A DNA stretch of 64,000 nt from positions 6,374,467 through 6,438,466 of the forward strand of contig JAHRHZ010000126.1 in the NCBI GenBank assembly GCA_024137785.1, written 5' to 3'. Below are positions 11,916 through 25,809 of this stretch, piece after piece. Position numbers and translations under genes: made by a program. The DNA comes from Ginglymostoma cirratum. Taxonomy: Eukaryota. Under the pieces are notes generated by a model, which was not told the DNA's origin, made no database searches, and was given only the letters and a program-made list of their open reading frames with translations. Positions within the stretch are counted from its first letter, which is position 1. Every line of letters begins with the position of its first letter.

Positions 11916-13389
11916 GATACAGCTTCACTTTGGTATCAAATTGTTTTAAGATTTAGAGAATAGCAGTTTTCTCTTTGTAGTGCTTAGGTTTTATTTGTCA
12001 GTGTTCTCTCTTTGTTTAAAATTTCTGATTTTTATCTGATTACAATCCCACAGATACCCACAATGCTGCAATAGAACACTAATTAACTGTTTTTCCACCT
12101 ATAATGAAGGTCAGTTCCATATTTCACCATGAGATTCATCACAACCAAGCCTAAACCTGTTCTTCCCCATTATTATATTCTGCAACTTTGCTGCAGGGTC
12201 AGAAGTGGGAATCATGATGTTTCTTTTTCCTCACCCAGAAAAAAATCACAGGACTTAGGAGCAGTTCTAGGCCATTTGATCCTTCTTACTCTGCTTACTC
12301 TGCCTTTTGATAAGAATGAGGCAGATATTGTTGTAATGTCCCCACCATTTTCCCGTGTGCCACCCGAAAACGCCATTGTCTCTGAAAAGTCCCTCTAGGT
12401 TGATGCCATGGCTAAATTCAATGACCCAAATTCCACTGCTTTCTGTAGAAGGGAATGTCACTGATAATCTTCTGATAGAGAGAAAAAAAATCCTCATCAC
12501 ACTTTAACAGGGATACCTCTTATTTTTAAAATGTGGCCTATTGTTCTAGTCCCTCCCACATGGAAAACCATACATCTGGTCAATTCCCCTCAGGATTTTT
12601 AATTCCTTTTTTAGTCAAAATTACCTCTCATTCTTCTATCTTCCAATAGAATCTGTTTAATTTTTATTATAACATAAACCCTTTGTCTCAAACAGGAATC
12701 AAGCGAACCTTCTCTGAACTGCTTCTAATATTCTTTTTGAATAAGTAAACAAAAATGGTACACTGCACTTTAGGTGTGGTCTTATGAAGATACCTACACA
12801 GCTACAGCAAAACTTCCTTGCTTATGTTCCGTTCCATTGCAATAAATGGCAGCGTTCCATTTGCCTTCCAAATCACTGGCTGATGATAACATTTTAGATT
12901 AACACACCAACACGCATGCATCACTGTGTAAGGCAATGTTCTCCAATATCTCTCCACTTAAATAGTACACTGCTTTCCTACTCTTCTTGCCAAAATGCAT
13001 AATTTCACATTTTGCCATTTTATACTGAATCTGGCAACTTTTTTTGCCCAATCACTTAACCTGTCCATATCAACTTATTGTCCTTTTACCACCTCTTGAC
13101 AACATATTATTTAATCTGATAACGACAAAATCAATAATAATTAGCTATGAGAAATGTAATTCAGTCTATCCTAGCTCATTCATTTATAAAGACGTTAAAG
13201 CCCAGCAATTGTTACTTTTAATATTTTCTCAAAGGATTTCAAGGTCAAAACCAACATTCCCTCTAAGTATTTTTCTCTGATCGACAGATCCTTGAGAAGG
13301 GTGCACAACAAAAGCTTCAAGAAGAAGAAGCTAATAAATCAGCTTACCAACCAGTGTATGCAGGACCTCCCAGTAGCTTAGATGGAATG

Positions 13390-13755
13390 TTGGTGGAGGC
13401 TAGTGGTATTAAGACTAAACCAGTGATCCGGAAAGACAAGCTAATGCTCTGGAGACAGGTTCAAACCCCACCACACTCGATGGAATTTAAAGTTAGATAA
13501 ATTGGAATAGCCAATTCCAGAAATGGCAATGATGAAACTATCAATTATAATAAAAACCCATCTGGTTCACTGATGTTATTCAGAAACAGAAATCTTTTGT
13601 GGTCTGACCTAGATGTGATTCCAGATGCACGATAGCGTAGTTGACTCTTAACTGCCTATTGAAGTGGCCTGGGAAGTCATTCAGTTCAAGGGATGGGCAA
13701 CAACTGCCAGCCTTGCGAGATGATGCCTACATCCCGTGAAAGAATAAAGAAAAAG
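13390..13755 (+). mobile_element. tRNA-derived SINE-like element
   Basis: A-box-like GGCTAGTGGTA, B-box-like GGTTCAAACCC, A-rich 3' end GAATAAAGAAAAA. Confidence 0.55.
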
Positions 13756-16700
13756 TCTTTCAACTCCACTCTCTACCTGGGAACATATCACATATATTGA
13801 AAAATATTTGCATGAAGAACTTCCAGTCCTAATTGTGTCTTTTGTTAGTTTGAATGTGAGTTCCCTAGTCTTGATTTAACAGTTTATTTTGTAGCAATTT
13901 GCTATTTTGTATGCGTCTCTTTCTCCTTCCAAATTAAAATGTTTGTTTTTCCAGTATTCTCTTTTAGCTCTGGTGTCTGTGCTGGAGATTATTTTTGTCT
14001 GAAATGTTGACATTTCGCCTCTCTGCAGCAATAAATCTAATATGTTTTTCCCTCAAGTAGATCTTTCTTTCTTCAACTGTTCGTAGATCAGATGTAAATC
14101 ACATTTATACTGGCAATAGCATAGCTTGTTCACCTGTGTACAGGTACTGACACACCAGCTGTAAATTACACTGTTTCTGCAACACAGTGAGTAATTTTGA
14201 GTACACTTGCGATATTGGCCATGCCTTCAAGAATCCTGTTACCTTTTTAATACAGCATGACAGGGAGAAAATGAATTGCAAGAAAAAACAAACTTGTTTT
14301 ATTTAAATTCTATACTTTATATTCTAATGGTATAGCCTACTATTCGATTTAACAGCTTCAGAAATGGACGTAGGCCATTCATCCCCAGGGATTGGTTCAC
14401 CATACAATTAGATGGTGGGTGATCAGCACCTCAACTCCTTTCACCTGCCTTTGCACCGTATCTCTTGATACTCTAAAATTAGAGATCTATCGATCTCAGT
14501 CTCAACAGTTCTGATGTACCCAGCACCCACAATCCCCTGGAGATCTAATCTCTAAATTGCTACTGCACATTGTGTGAAGAACCATTACCAAGTTTCACTC
14601 ATGAATAGATGAATTCTAAATTTGAGATACATCCATTGCTTCTGGACTCATCCACCAAAGGAAGTTGTTTCTTCAAGCACACCACTTCAAATCCATTTAG
14701 CATTTTACTCACCTTGGTCAGATCACCCCACCATATCCTTTGACCAAGGAAATGCAAATCAAATCTACACAAATTTTAACCCTGTAAGTCTCAATGCCAA
14801 TGTGGTGACTCTACACTCCAGCACCATCCAGCCAAACCTCCCACAACCAAATAATTTTTATTCATATAAAATAATTAAAAGCTGTATCTGGTTATGGCAC
14901 AGCTATGGCTTGACAACATAATTGTTGTAAATGGTAAAGGAAGTTTTTTTTAATTATCATGAAGTTAGTTCAGGATAACACAATTGGGCAAATGGCCTTC
15001 TTCTGCACTGTAATTTCTATGATGCTATGATTCTATGAAGAGTTACCAGTTTGCATGACTGGCCACTAACAATGTAATTATTTTAGGCTTTTAACGTAAA
15101 CCGTTATTGCAGCATAAAGGTATCAGCATTAGTACGACATCAACATATAGTTGCACTCCACCTTAGAGTGGTAAGGACAGAGGTTAATGGATTAGAGTTT
15201 AAACCCAACTTCTCAGTGCTCCAACAATGTATGGTCAATATATTCAACTGTAGTGAATCAAGGCAATCAAGACATCAGGAAACATATAACCCTTACAGAA
15301 TTAGCCTCGACAGCCTTCTGTGGCAAAAAAATTCCACAGATTGACTATAATCTACAAAAAAAAAACTCTTCTCTAACTTAAATTGATGACCTTTTACTGT
15401 GAGATTATGTGGTCTGGTTGTAGACTGTCCCACAAGAGAAAACAAGCTCTCCACTTCTAACCTGTCAAACCACCTAAGAATCTTATGTGTATTAATAAGG
15501 ACTCCCTACATCTCTATGGAGGTTGAATGAAGATGGAATGATGGCTGTGGTGACTGTAGTAATTATATTACCCACCAATATTGATTGTCAGGCTCAGAAA
15601 GGATTAATTGTTACTTGGATGAGTTGTCAGAGGGTGGGTGGTGCAAATAGAAGTAGACCCAAGTAAGAAATCAATATCTTCAGAAACAAAAGAGCAAAAC
15701 AAATCAGCAGCAAAATTGTTCAGGACAAAAGAAAAACAAAAGCCTGCTTGATTATAAAAAGATGGACTAGAACTGAAAGTTGCCTTTCAAGATTTAGTTC
15801 AGACATGTATGTGAACTTTCTGCAGGTTCTAGATTATCTTGTAAACCTACATCAGTCACATCACTTTGGAAACTGTGCGATACTCTAAAAGCAGTTAAAT
15901 AATGTGAGCATTAGCCCCTTTCTTTAATGACTGTGCAACAATGGATTGCACATATGCTGTAGCAAGTTTCCCAAAATGTCTGTTCTCAAGTAAAAACTGC
16001 AGAATTTTCCAACTGGAAAATCTTTACTCATTTTCAGAGACAACAGAAATTTGTCTGCTTTCAAACTGCCTGCCACTTCCATTGTGGAATTAACAACTTA
16101 AGGACTGAAAACATTCTTTCCAGAAATAACAGTAACCGATGGCGAAATCTTGGAGTTTATTGGGGAGATTAAAATTTCAATTGATGGAGCATTCAGTAAG
16201 AATCAATTTCAGAGACAGTCAAAGCATGAATCTTTAATTTGGATGGCATGAAAGATTATGCGGGAGTTAAGAATGCATCTTGTCCAAAAATTAGTTTTAA
16301 AACCCAACTTCAGTAATGGCAGTTGCAATCATTTTGTGTTATACTTGCAGCAGGAACATTAGGATTGTAGTCAATTTAGATAATTGTTGTTCTTCAATTT
16401 ACGTGTGATTCGCGTTGACTTGAATTATACCAAGTGATTAGTTGTCTTATTAGTATTATTAATCAGTAATTACTGAACCAATTAATTCTTTGTTATTTGT
16501 CCTGTGCTCAGAATAGAAGCATCATTGCACACAAAATTATTGTACGGTATAAAATAAACAATCCTGCTGCAACGTTCTACATTTAAAAAAGTTTCATGCT
16601 CTTATAACCAATCTTAATCTTGAGTTCATCTTTCATTATTATTTTCTACTGAATTCAGACATCTGGAACACCGCAACTAATAGTTACGAGAAAAAAAAGA

Positions 16701-18849
16701 TGCAATTATTCATCTAAAATCATGTTATCGTGGTTAGTTGTTCTATCCAAACTTATGTGTATGATATACAGCTTTCAAAACCTATCTACTAGTAGCCTGA
16801 AGGCACTGATATCTGAAACTGCTCCTACACCAGCAGCTTGCATATTTGCTGTTGACTTTGTTGACTTCGAGCCTTCTGCTGCATTGGTCTAGAAACTGGT
16901 CTATGTAGTATCCATTTTATGAGCACTAGTCAGAATGCTAAAGATGGCAGGCAGGAAGTGAGTGTACATTTCTCACCAGAAGTGCACAGCCAGCCATATT
17001 GCTTCAGGACAAAAGAAAATACTTCCTTTACACACACTTAAAATACAGGTTAGTCTCTTTGCAGACAGAACTAATTAACGTAATACCTCTTTAAGACCAA
17101 CTGCTTGGAGAACCTAAGTCCAAGGGCCACCTATGTGCCAGGACACGAAGGAACATATCCGAATGCAGAGTTAGAAAAATAGGACTGCTAGATTAAAGAT
17201 ACTGATACATATTACTTTCATCCCGTCTCCTGCTTACACTCTTAATTTGATTTTCCATGTCCACGATCCCAGTTACAGATTTGTGATTCTTCTAGCTCTC
17301 ACTCCCGACTCCTGCCCTAACCTGCTCCACTTCCAGCTCCATGATGAGCCCTGCTCCCTGATCACTAACCTCATCAGTACAATTCCCAGCGCCATCTCCT
17401 GCTGTGTCTCCATCATTCCAGTGCTCCCAGTTCCTAGATCCCTTCATCCCTGATGCCACTCTGACTTTCCTGATGGCTGCTGTGACAAAGGTATTGGTCC
17501 AACGTTGCACTCCTCTTTGTCAGGATCCTTAAATTATCTCCCTGGCTCTCAATGGGACCTGTGGCTCAATAACTGGATAGCCTTGGATCTCATCATTTAA
17601 GCACTGGGAACATCCTTAAAATGGACAAATCCTAATTTCTAGGATAACAGGTCTCAACTCTCCCTCTTGCCAATCCAATGCACCATCGCTTTTCATGGCA
17701 ATCGTCTCTTTTTCTGTTCCGCTGAATCTTCTGAATGTAATTGTTGCAATGTGTTGGAAATTGGGGTGCCTTAAAGACTAAATTTTCCTTGTACTTACTG
17801 TTTGTGTGCGATTTCATTTAACGGCTATTAACTTTCAAAACGCTAGCACATGAAAACAAAAGGGAACAGTTACAAGAAATTTCAAGTTACAATTCCCTGT
17901 TGAACTAACATCAAAAATTGACCTAGCATCAAATGTACCCTATTATCAGTTTATTGTCTGGGAAAATAAGAAATATTTGTTCTTAGAAAGAATAATGAAC
18001 TAACCCTCAGACGAAGGTAGATAAGGAAAATGGTCATCCGACATCATGATTAGCTATGCCATGGCCATTAACCAAAATGTTTCAGACAATTGATTGACAC
18101 AGAGGAAATTATCTCCTCTGAGAAATAGGGTATAACAACAGGGAGATCTCATCAGAGAGTTCTCACCAGTCCATCCTCAGAAAGCTGTTTTCTCAGGTGG
18201 GAGATTGACCAGCAGGAGAGGACGGAGACTCAGGAAAGAGTTCCCTAGCACCTCAGCCAAAGAACAGGGTGTTGCATCCACAACCTTCATGAGATCAAAT
18301 ATTTGGTGCCAACAGACTGCTCATTCTTAGTATCAGTGAACCATCTCCAATTGTCACAGTTGTGCACTTCCTTTATCTAATTAACCAAAGTATCATATCT
18401 AAACTGTTACTTCTTAACAAACTCAATAAACTATCAGGAAAGTGCTACAAGTGATTAACTGGATAATTGCAATCATGAAACCCACCCCCAAAATCAACAA
18501 AAGGCAGGAAGCACCATAGTATCACTATAAGTATCCTCCACGGTTAAGAAAATAGAAGGAAATATGGTATTTTTGCAAAAACTAAAGATGCTGAGATGAC
18601 CCTGTTATTGAACTGTTTCCTGTAAAAATGTGAATGCAGTAGCAAGAAAATGGTGATGCAAGGTAAGCAAAATCATCACCGAGAATGCAAGAACACAGTT
18701 ACACTTGAGAATCCAAGTAAAAATCCTGTTCTTTCATGAAATACGGCTTGAGGATCCAAAAAACAAAGTAAACTCAGAAGTGGAGATTCAACTACACCTA
18801 ATTTAGTGTGATTAAAAATAAAGATCTTATATCCTGTGACATTCGAATA

Positions 18850-18997
18850 AACTTTTATTTATATAGTGATTTTCATGACTTCAGGATGTCCAACAAGCTT
18901 TACAACCAGTGAAGTATGTTTTGAAGAGTGATCACTATTTAATGTAGGAAATCTGACAGTCAAGTTGTGCACAGCAGAATCCCTTAAACAACAATGT
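18850..18997 (-). mobile_element. DeuSINE-like SINE, 3' part (interrupted by CR1)
   Basis: TTTATATAG...CAGGATGTCC...AATGTAGGAAA...TGCACAGCAG resembles the SacSINE1/AmnSINE 3' region; continues after the CR1. Confidence 0.55.
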
Positions 18998-19004
18998 TTG
19001 AAAT

Positions 19005-20920
19005 TGGACAGGGCCCATGAGGAATATAAAGGAAGCAAGAAAGAACTTAAACAGGGAATTAGGAGAGTAAAGGGCCATGACATTATCTTGGCAAGTAGGG
19101 TTAAAGAGAATCCTAAGGCATTCGATATATACATTGAAAACAAAAGGATAACTAGGGACAAGATGGGACCAGTCAAGGATAAACAAAGGAACTTATGCCT
19201 GGATGCAAAGGGTGTGGGTGAGGTTCTAAATGAGTGCATTGTGTCAATATTCACTCAGCAGAAGGATATGGAGTATATTAAGACTTGTGTGGAGTATGCT
19301 AATATGCTACATAATCTTGAGATCAAGAAAGAAGTAGTGTTGGGTCTCTTGTAGAGGATTAAGGTGGATAAGTCCCTAGGGCCCAATGGTATGTACCCCA
19401 GGTTATTGAAAGAGGCAAGAGAAGAAATTGCTGGGACCTTGACCAAGATCATTGTTTCCTCATTAGCCATGGGAGAGGTCCCAGAGAGCTGGCGAATAGT
19501 TAATGTTGTTCCTCTATTCAAGAAGGGAAATAGGGATAATCCAGAAAACTATAGACCTGTAAGTCTTACATCGGTGGTTGGGAAGCTATTGGAAGAGAAT
19601 TCCTATGGATAGGGCTTATGTGCATTTGGAAAAGCTTGGCCTAATTGGGGACAGTCAGCATGGCTTTGTGTGGGGCAGGTCATGCCTTACGAACTTGATT
19701 GAATTTTTTGAGGAAATGTCAAAGGTGATTAATGAGGGTAGAACAGTAGATGTTGTCTACATAGATTTTAGTAAGGCTTTCAACAAGGTTCCTCATGATT
19801 GGCTCATCCAGAAGATTAAGATGCATGGGATCCACAGTGAATTGGCCTTGTTGATTCAGAATTAGATTGCTCATCGAAGGCAGAGTATAGTGGTGGAAGG
19901 CTGTTTTTCAGGCTAGAGGTCTGTGACTAGTGGTGTTCCACAAGGATCCTGACTAGGACCTCTTCTTTTTGTGATATATATAAATGACATGGATGAAAAT
20001 GCAGATGGGTCAGTTAGTAAGTTTGCAGATGATACAAAGTTCGGTGGAATTGTAGCTAGTGTAGAAGGTTGTCAAAGGATACAGCGAGATAAAGGTCAGT
20101 TGCAGATATGAGCAGAGAGATGGCAGATGGAGTTTAATCCATGTAAGTGTGAGGTGCTCACACTGATTGGGAGATCAAATGTTAAGGAAAAGTATACAAT
20201 TAATGGCAGGACTCTGAACAACATTGATGTACAGAGGAATCTTGGGGTTTAAAGTCATAGCTCCCTGAAAGTGACCAAGCTAGAAGGTATGGTGATAAAG
20301 AAGGTGTATGGCATTGGTCAGGGAATTGAGTACAACAGTCAGGATGTCATATCGCAGCTTTATAAAAATTTTGTTAGGCCACACTTAGAGCATTGTGTTC
20401 AATTCTGGTCACCACACTACAGAAAGGATGTGGAGGCTTTGGGGACGATGCAGAAGAGGTTTACCAGGATACTGTCTGGATTAAAGCGTATGAACTATAA
20501 GGAGAGGCCAGGAAAACTCAGGTTGTTTTCTCTGGAGTGGCAGAAGCTGAGGGGAGACTTCATAGAAGTCTATAAAATTATGAAATGCTTAGATAGGGTT
20601 GATGATCAGAAGCTTTTTTCCCAGAGTTGAAATGTTTAAAACTAGGGGGCATGCATTTAAGGTGAGAGTGGGAAAATTCAAAGGAGATGTGAGGGCAGGT
20701 TTTTAACATAGAGAATGTTAGGACTGTGGAACACACTGGCAGGGGGTGGTGGTGGAAACAGACATGATAGGAGCGTTGAAGATACTTTTAGATAAGCACA
20801 AGAATATGCAAGGAATGAACGGATATAGAACAAGGGCAGGTAGAAGGGATTGGTCTTATTTGGCATCATGCTCGGCACAACACTTGGGCTACAGCTACTA
20901 CGCTTACAGTTCTATGTTCT
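19005..20920 (+). mobile_element. 5'-truncated CR1 LINE, ORF2 (reverse transcriptase) pseudogenised
   Basis: ORF pieces with NYRPVSLTSVVGKLLE, QHGF..GRSCLTNL, YIDFSKAF, KFADDTK (~20019-20040), RPHLEHCVQFWSP; several stops and frameshifts; TTCTATGTTCTAT tail. Confidence 0.95.
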
Positions 20921-20921
20921 A

Positions 20922-21070
20922 TACTGACCAAAGAATCTGTTTTTAGTTTTATTGGTGGATGAATAAGTATTGAACGTGACATGGCGAAGAATTTTCCTGC
21001 ATATTCATTTTTCATAATGTGTCTTGGGATCATTAATTTCCACCTAAGAAGATTGTTTTAGTGTATCAAT
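20922..21070 (-). mobile_element. DeuSINE-like SINE, continuation
   Basis: TGACCAAAGAATCTGTTTTTAG...GGGATCATTAATTTCCACCTAAG continues the 18850-18997 fragment colinearly. Confidence 0.5.
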
Positions 21071-22593
21071 TCAGTATTTTATCAACTTGAGATAATGATC
21101 ATAAATTTGTTCAACAGTTTGAGGGATCCATTTTCTATATCGTGAAAAACCAGATTATGAATTTTACCATGGATCTCTTTTTCAGAGGAAGAGGAAAGAG
21201 AGAAACTGACAAGGAAAGTATTCATGTGTCAATGGCCTACAACCTACAGAACAGAAACCAGTCTGGTGCAAAGAAAATATTCAGTGACAAGATGTGGAGA
21301 TATAAAAATGACTTTTGTGTTTTTAGTTATGTACTTTCATGTCACTAGGAGCTCCATCAGAACGTGTTCTCACCAACTCACCACCAATTACTTTGGGGCA
21401 GGGAAAACTCTGTTTCTTGAGAAGCATTTTTAGCAGTGAGAGAGGTGCAAGAGTTGCATTTAATGTCCAAGGAAACCATAAGATGAAGCACATACATTGT
21501 GAAGAAGAGACAGTAGGAACAATAGTAACAAATATGAAGTACATATTAGATTTATATGTTTTCTGAAGAACTGAATGAAGCAATATTTTTAATAGCCTCC
21601 ACCCACACTGATCAGCCTGCCTTAAGGAGATCAAAATGCAATTCCCACCCATTTGTTTATGAAAAATATAAAAGAGAAAGGTTAAGTGTATTGAAGAAGA
21701 TGATTTGGGATTTATGAATGCATACTGGTAGTATCAGCCTACATTCCAGGGAAGTTGAATAATGAGAATAAATCATTGAAATGAAGAAAGAAGGACAAAG
21801 CTCTCAGTGTAACCTGATTTACTACAAAAAAATCAGACAAGGCGCATTAATTACAGTACAGACAGAAATGAGTCTGTAAAGAAACAAGTTGATTCTGAAC
21901 ACATTTCCAGGGGGAGAATACTTGATTGTAACTCATTCAGAAGGATACAGTGACACACTCTGTCAACGATGTAAGAGGTGTCCAAGGCAATGATAAATAA
22001 TATATCAAAGTCTTCAAGAACAGAATTCCAAAGGTACATTATAAGCAACACAACTTTAAATTTATTTTGCATGGTGAAGGTAGAAATATATCCTGTAGTA
22101 CTTTACAAAGCCATGATGAGAAAAATACTGTATGTCAAGCTGCAAAATGATATTTTGGAAGCATTAGTAAAACCAAAGCAGTAGGAAAACCTCCAAGGCA
22201 AGCACTATACCTGAAATTATTAATTCGGCTATCACTTTCAAAGTGATGACTATCAGACAGTTCACCTGCAAAAGAGTCGATAAGAACCATAAAACAATAG
22301 TCAAAAGGGTCAGATGGATCACCTTTCTTAGGTAAGGCAATGAATTCCAATTCTGGTCTTTTGTGGATCCTGTATTTCAACTTCTCCATCTTCGGCAGCC
22401 ATACTTTCAGCTGCCGAGGCTATAGGCTCTAGAATTCCATCACTAACTTTTTCCACTTCTGTATCTCTCTCTCTCTTCCCACAAGAAAGACTTTAAAGTT
22501 GACCTCCTTGACCATGTATTTTGTGAATTATCTTGAAACCTTCTAATGTCATTGGTGTCATGCTCCTTTAAAGGAGTTTAATGTTTTTACTTT

Positions 22594-22795
22594 CAGAGAT
22601 AAAAGGTACTGCAGATGCTGGAGAATCCGAGATAGCAAGCATGGGGCTGGATGAACACAGCAGGTCAAGCAGCATCATAGGAGCAGGAAAACTTGACGTT
22701 TCGGGCCTAAACCCTTCATCAGAAACGTCAAGTTTTCCTGCTCCTATGATGCTGCTTGACCTGCTGTGTTCATCCAGCCCCATGCTTGCTATCTC
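22594..22795 (-). mobile_element. Family-A palindromic PLE insert (young copy)
   Basis: Perfect 74-bp inverted arms 22629-22702 / 22722-22795, tail on the left arm, perfect 16-bp TSD ttaatgtttttacttt (22578-22593, 22796-22811). Confidence 0.9.
22695..22722 (-). ncRNA. Minimal type-I hammerhead ribozyme motif (intact core)
   Basis: Minus strand CTGATGA-A-GGGTTTAGGCCC-GAAA-CGTC. Confidence 0.75.
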
Positions 22796-24861
22796 TTAAT
22801 GTTTTTACTTTGTTGAGACCTACATAAAAGAAGTGAAGTTATTAAATACAGGCAAATTTCCAAAGCAGTGATGAACTGAGAATAACAAACATTGAAGAAA
22901 TGGCAAAGAGCAAATTAAAAGACAACGTTTGATGATGACGGAAAGGATATTATCAGAAAGATGATGTCTTCTCGGAGCCAGGCAATTGAAACCTATTCCA
23001 GGTAAAACTTGACATCAGTCACAGCGATACAACAACGTTAAACAATTGAAAAGTGGTTCTCGACCAAGAAAACTGAAAATTGAATTGAAGACAAAAGGGC
23101 AGAATTACAGATTTTCTCTTTTCTACTTGCATCATTCCAATGGTGGATAGTAGAAAAGTTTAAGCAAGGAGTCAAAAATAACATTTACTCCATGAAGAAG
23201 ATAAAGTTGATATTTCTTAAAAATAAACTTGCATTTGATCATTTTTAAAGTGAGTTTCTGGAGGTTACAAGAGCAGATACATCAAACTGATAAGGATAAT
23301 AATTGGGATAGCAAGGTTGTTTTTTTACCAATAACGGCCAAACAGTAGATACATTTGAACAAGATGTAGTACAGAATGTGATGGAAGACAATTACAAGCT
23401 ACAAAATATTCCAAATGAGGCTAAAGTGTCAGGGGAGTGGAAGCAGTAGTTAGACTAGAGAAAAAAACGCATATGGATTGGAAATAGAACTGTTCCAGTG
23501 ATCCTTATCCTACAAAACAAGATTGCAATGATTTATGGAGCACAAGTTCTGCAAAATCTTCAGTAGATTATAGGTACAGCCTACAAGCTGATGATAACCT
23601 CACCCCTCGAGGGCATACCTTTTGGTTTTACTGTTAATGTCACTAACCATAACCTGGTAACTGGCCCGAGGGAAAATCTGGGCAGGCTGCACTGCTTAAG
23701 GGCCTAGTAGGTAAAAGGTGCCCTTTTGCTCCACAAGTGGGATGTGGCCATCCAAATCAGACCAAATCAGACCATGGCCCATGTACTGCCCTGTCTCTGG
23801 TGACACTCTGCACCAACTAAAACTGCTGAATGGATTTTTAACCTCTACATCAAATTATAACCGCTTCTCCAGTCACAAAAATATAAAATAAATTGAACTA
23901 TAGGTCAGGGGGATTAATATAGCGCGGTGATAGATTTTATCCAAAATGCAAGCTCAAAATATTCAGAAACAGTATATTTTCCGGAATCTTGTTCGTTGCA
24001 ATTTACACACAAGTGGAAAGATATCTTTTTCAGACCAAAATCTTCCCATTTGATTTACCTTTGCCCGATCATAAACTTGAAATTCTTCAATAATCTACTA
24101 TCATAATTCTTGGCCTTCTGCTCCCAATGTTTATGTTAATATTCCAAGTCAGATGTACATAACATCAAATGTAGTTTCACCTGATTTGTTTTTGTCCTGT
24201 CCTATGCTCACATTTGATGAAATGAGCAAAAACAAGGTTAATTTTTGTCAATGTTTGATGATTAAGAGTATCCCTGTGGCTCAAGAATAATATCCATGGT
24301 GCACATGTCTACTTGTGACTTGAGTTGCAGAGAACACCGTATCAGTAAGAGTGTTACCACACTTGCTGTGTATTTTGTCTGAAGTATGCAGAACAAACAG
24401 ATCATGCATGTGAAGAGTATACTAAAACAGACACCCTTACATAAACTCATGAAATGTTCAACATCAGGAAGAACTTCATGCCCCTTCCTACTCCAGACAT
24501 GAGCGCAGTTTAAAACAATTACCATCTACTTTCGGTTTAACTGTTGGTCCATTTCTTTGAGCCTTAGCTTCGTTTCTCCCCATATTTCATGATTTCTGAG
24601 TTCTATAGTTTTTTTAAGAAGTTGCAAAAATTTGCAAAAAGTGGTTTAGCAAATGATAAGCAAGTTTTTAACTGACTTCAAAGCTGCTGCACAAACCAGT
24701 TGGTCCCAGACAATGATGCACTAATAGGTGTTCTCCTTCGAATACAATTTGACCAATGATCACAGTCCACATTGGACAAGACAAGCAGTTGTAAGGAGAA
24801 GGGCGACATGGGCTCTCAGCGGAAGAATAAATCTGCACACAGTGTCCAGAAAGCAATTCAT

Positions 24862-25345
24862 CTTAGAGTCATACAGCATGGGAACAGACCCTTCAGCGTA
24901 ACTAGCCCATGCCAAACACAATCCCAAACTAAACTCGTCCCATCTGCCTGCTCCTAGGCCATATCCTCTAATCCTTTCCTATTCATGTACTTATCTAAAT
25001 GTTTTTTAAACGTTGTAATTGTACCGACATCCGCCACTTCCTCAGAAAAGGTCATTCCACACAAGAACCACCCTCCGTGTAAAAAATTTGCCCCTGTCTT
25101 TTATAAATCTTTCTCCACTCACCTTGTAAAGGTGTCCCCTCATCTTGAAACCCCCCATCCCAGGGTAAAGACAACCACTATTAACTCCATTTTTGCCCCT
25201 CAATATTTTATAAACTTCTATAAACTTGTAATCTTCTTCAATCCATCCACCTAACTGAAGGTTCTCATTCCTAGAGCCATTCTTGTCCACCTTTCTGCAC
25301 TTTGTCCAATGCACTCACATTTTTCCTATAATGCAGCACCCACAT
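24862..25345 (-). mobile_element. CR1 LINE 3' end fragments
   Basis: Minus ORF FIEVYKILRG...FFTRRVVLVWNDL; GAAGGGTCTGTTCCC...GACTCTA terminus. Confidence 0.8.
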
Positions 25346-25809
25346 TATCTATCCTGAAGATTGAAGCACAGGAAGATGTGTTGAAATCCTTGTGTGCGTG
25401 TGACTATGTATCAAAGACTGGGCTGATGGAAATGTGGTGGTGACATTCAAGAGAGCAATAGCTAATTACTTAGGTAGAAATAGTGCGCAGGGATATGGGG
25501 AACCGGTGCTAAGTAAGAGAACCAGTAAGGGCATGATGGGCTGATCGGCCCCCCTCCAAGCCATGTCAACTCTATGAATAAAGACAATCGCGTTTTCAGT
25601 GTATACAAGTAAGAACTCAGATTTATTCATATAAAGATTCATAAAATTTGATATCATTGCAACATATAGTCTTATCTAATACTGGATTGAGCGGACATGT
25701 TTCTGCCAGAGCTGAGGTGCAAATGGCCATGCATTGGGCAAGTTGAACACAAACAATGGGTGCTACCAGCTTAAGTCAGGAAGCTTGATAAAACAGAACG
25801 ACAGCCTGA

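Noticed and set aside
22568-22799. Mirror-image ORFs MGLDEHSRSS... on both strands, recurring at 11746, 34885 and 35776
   Set aside because: Consequence of the palindromic repeat; no evidence of coding function
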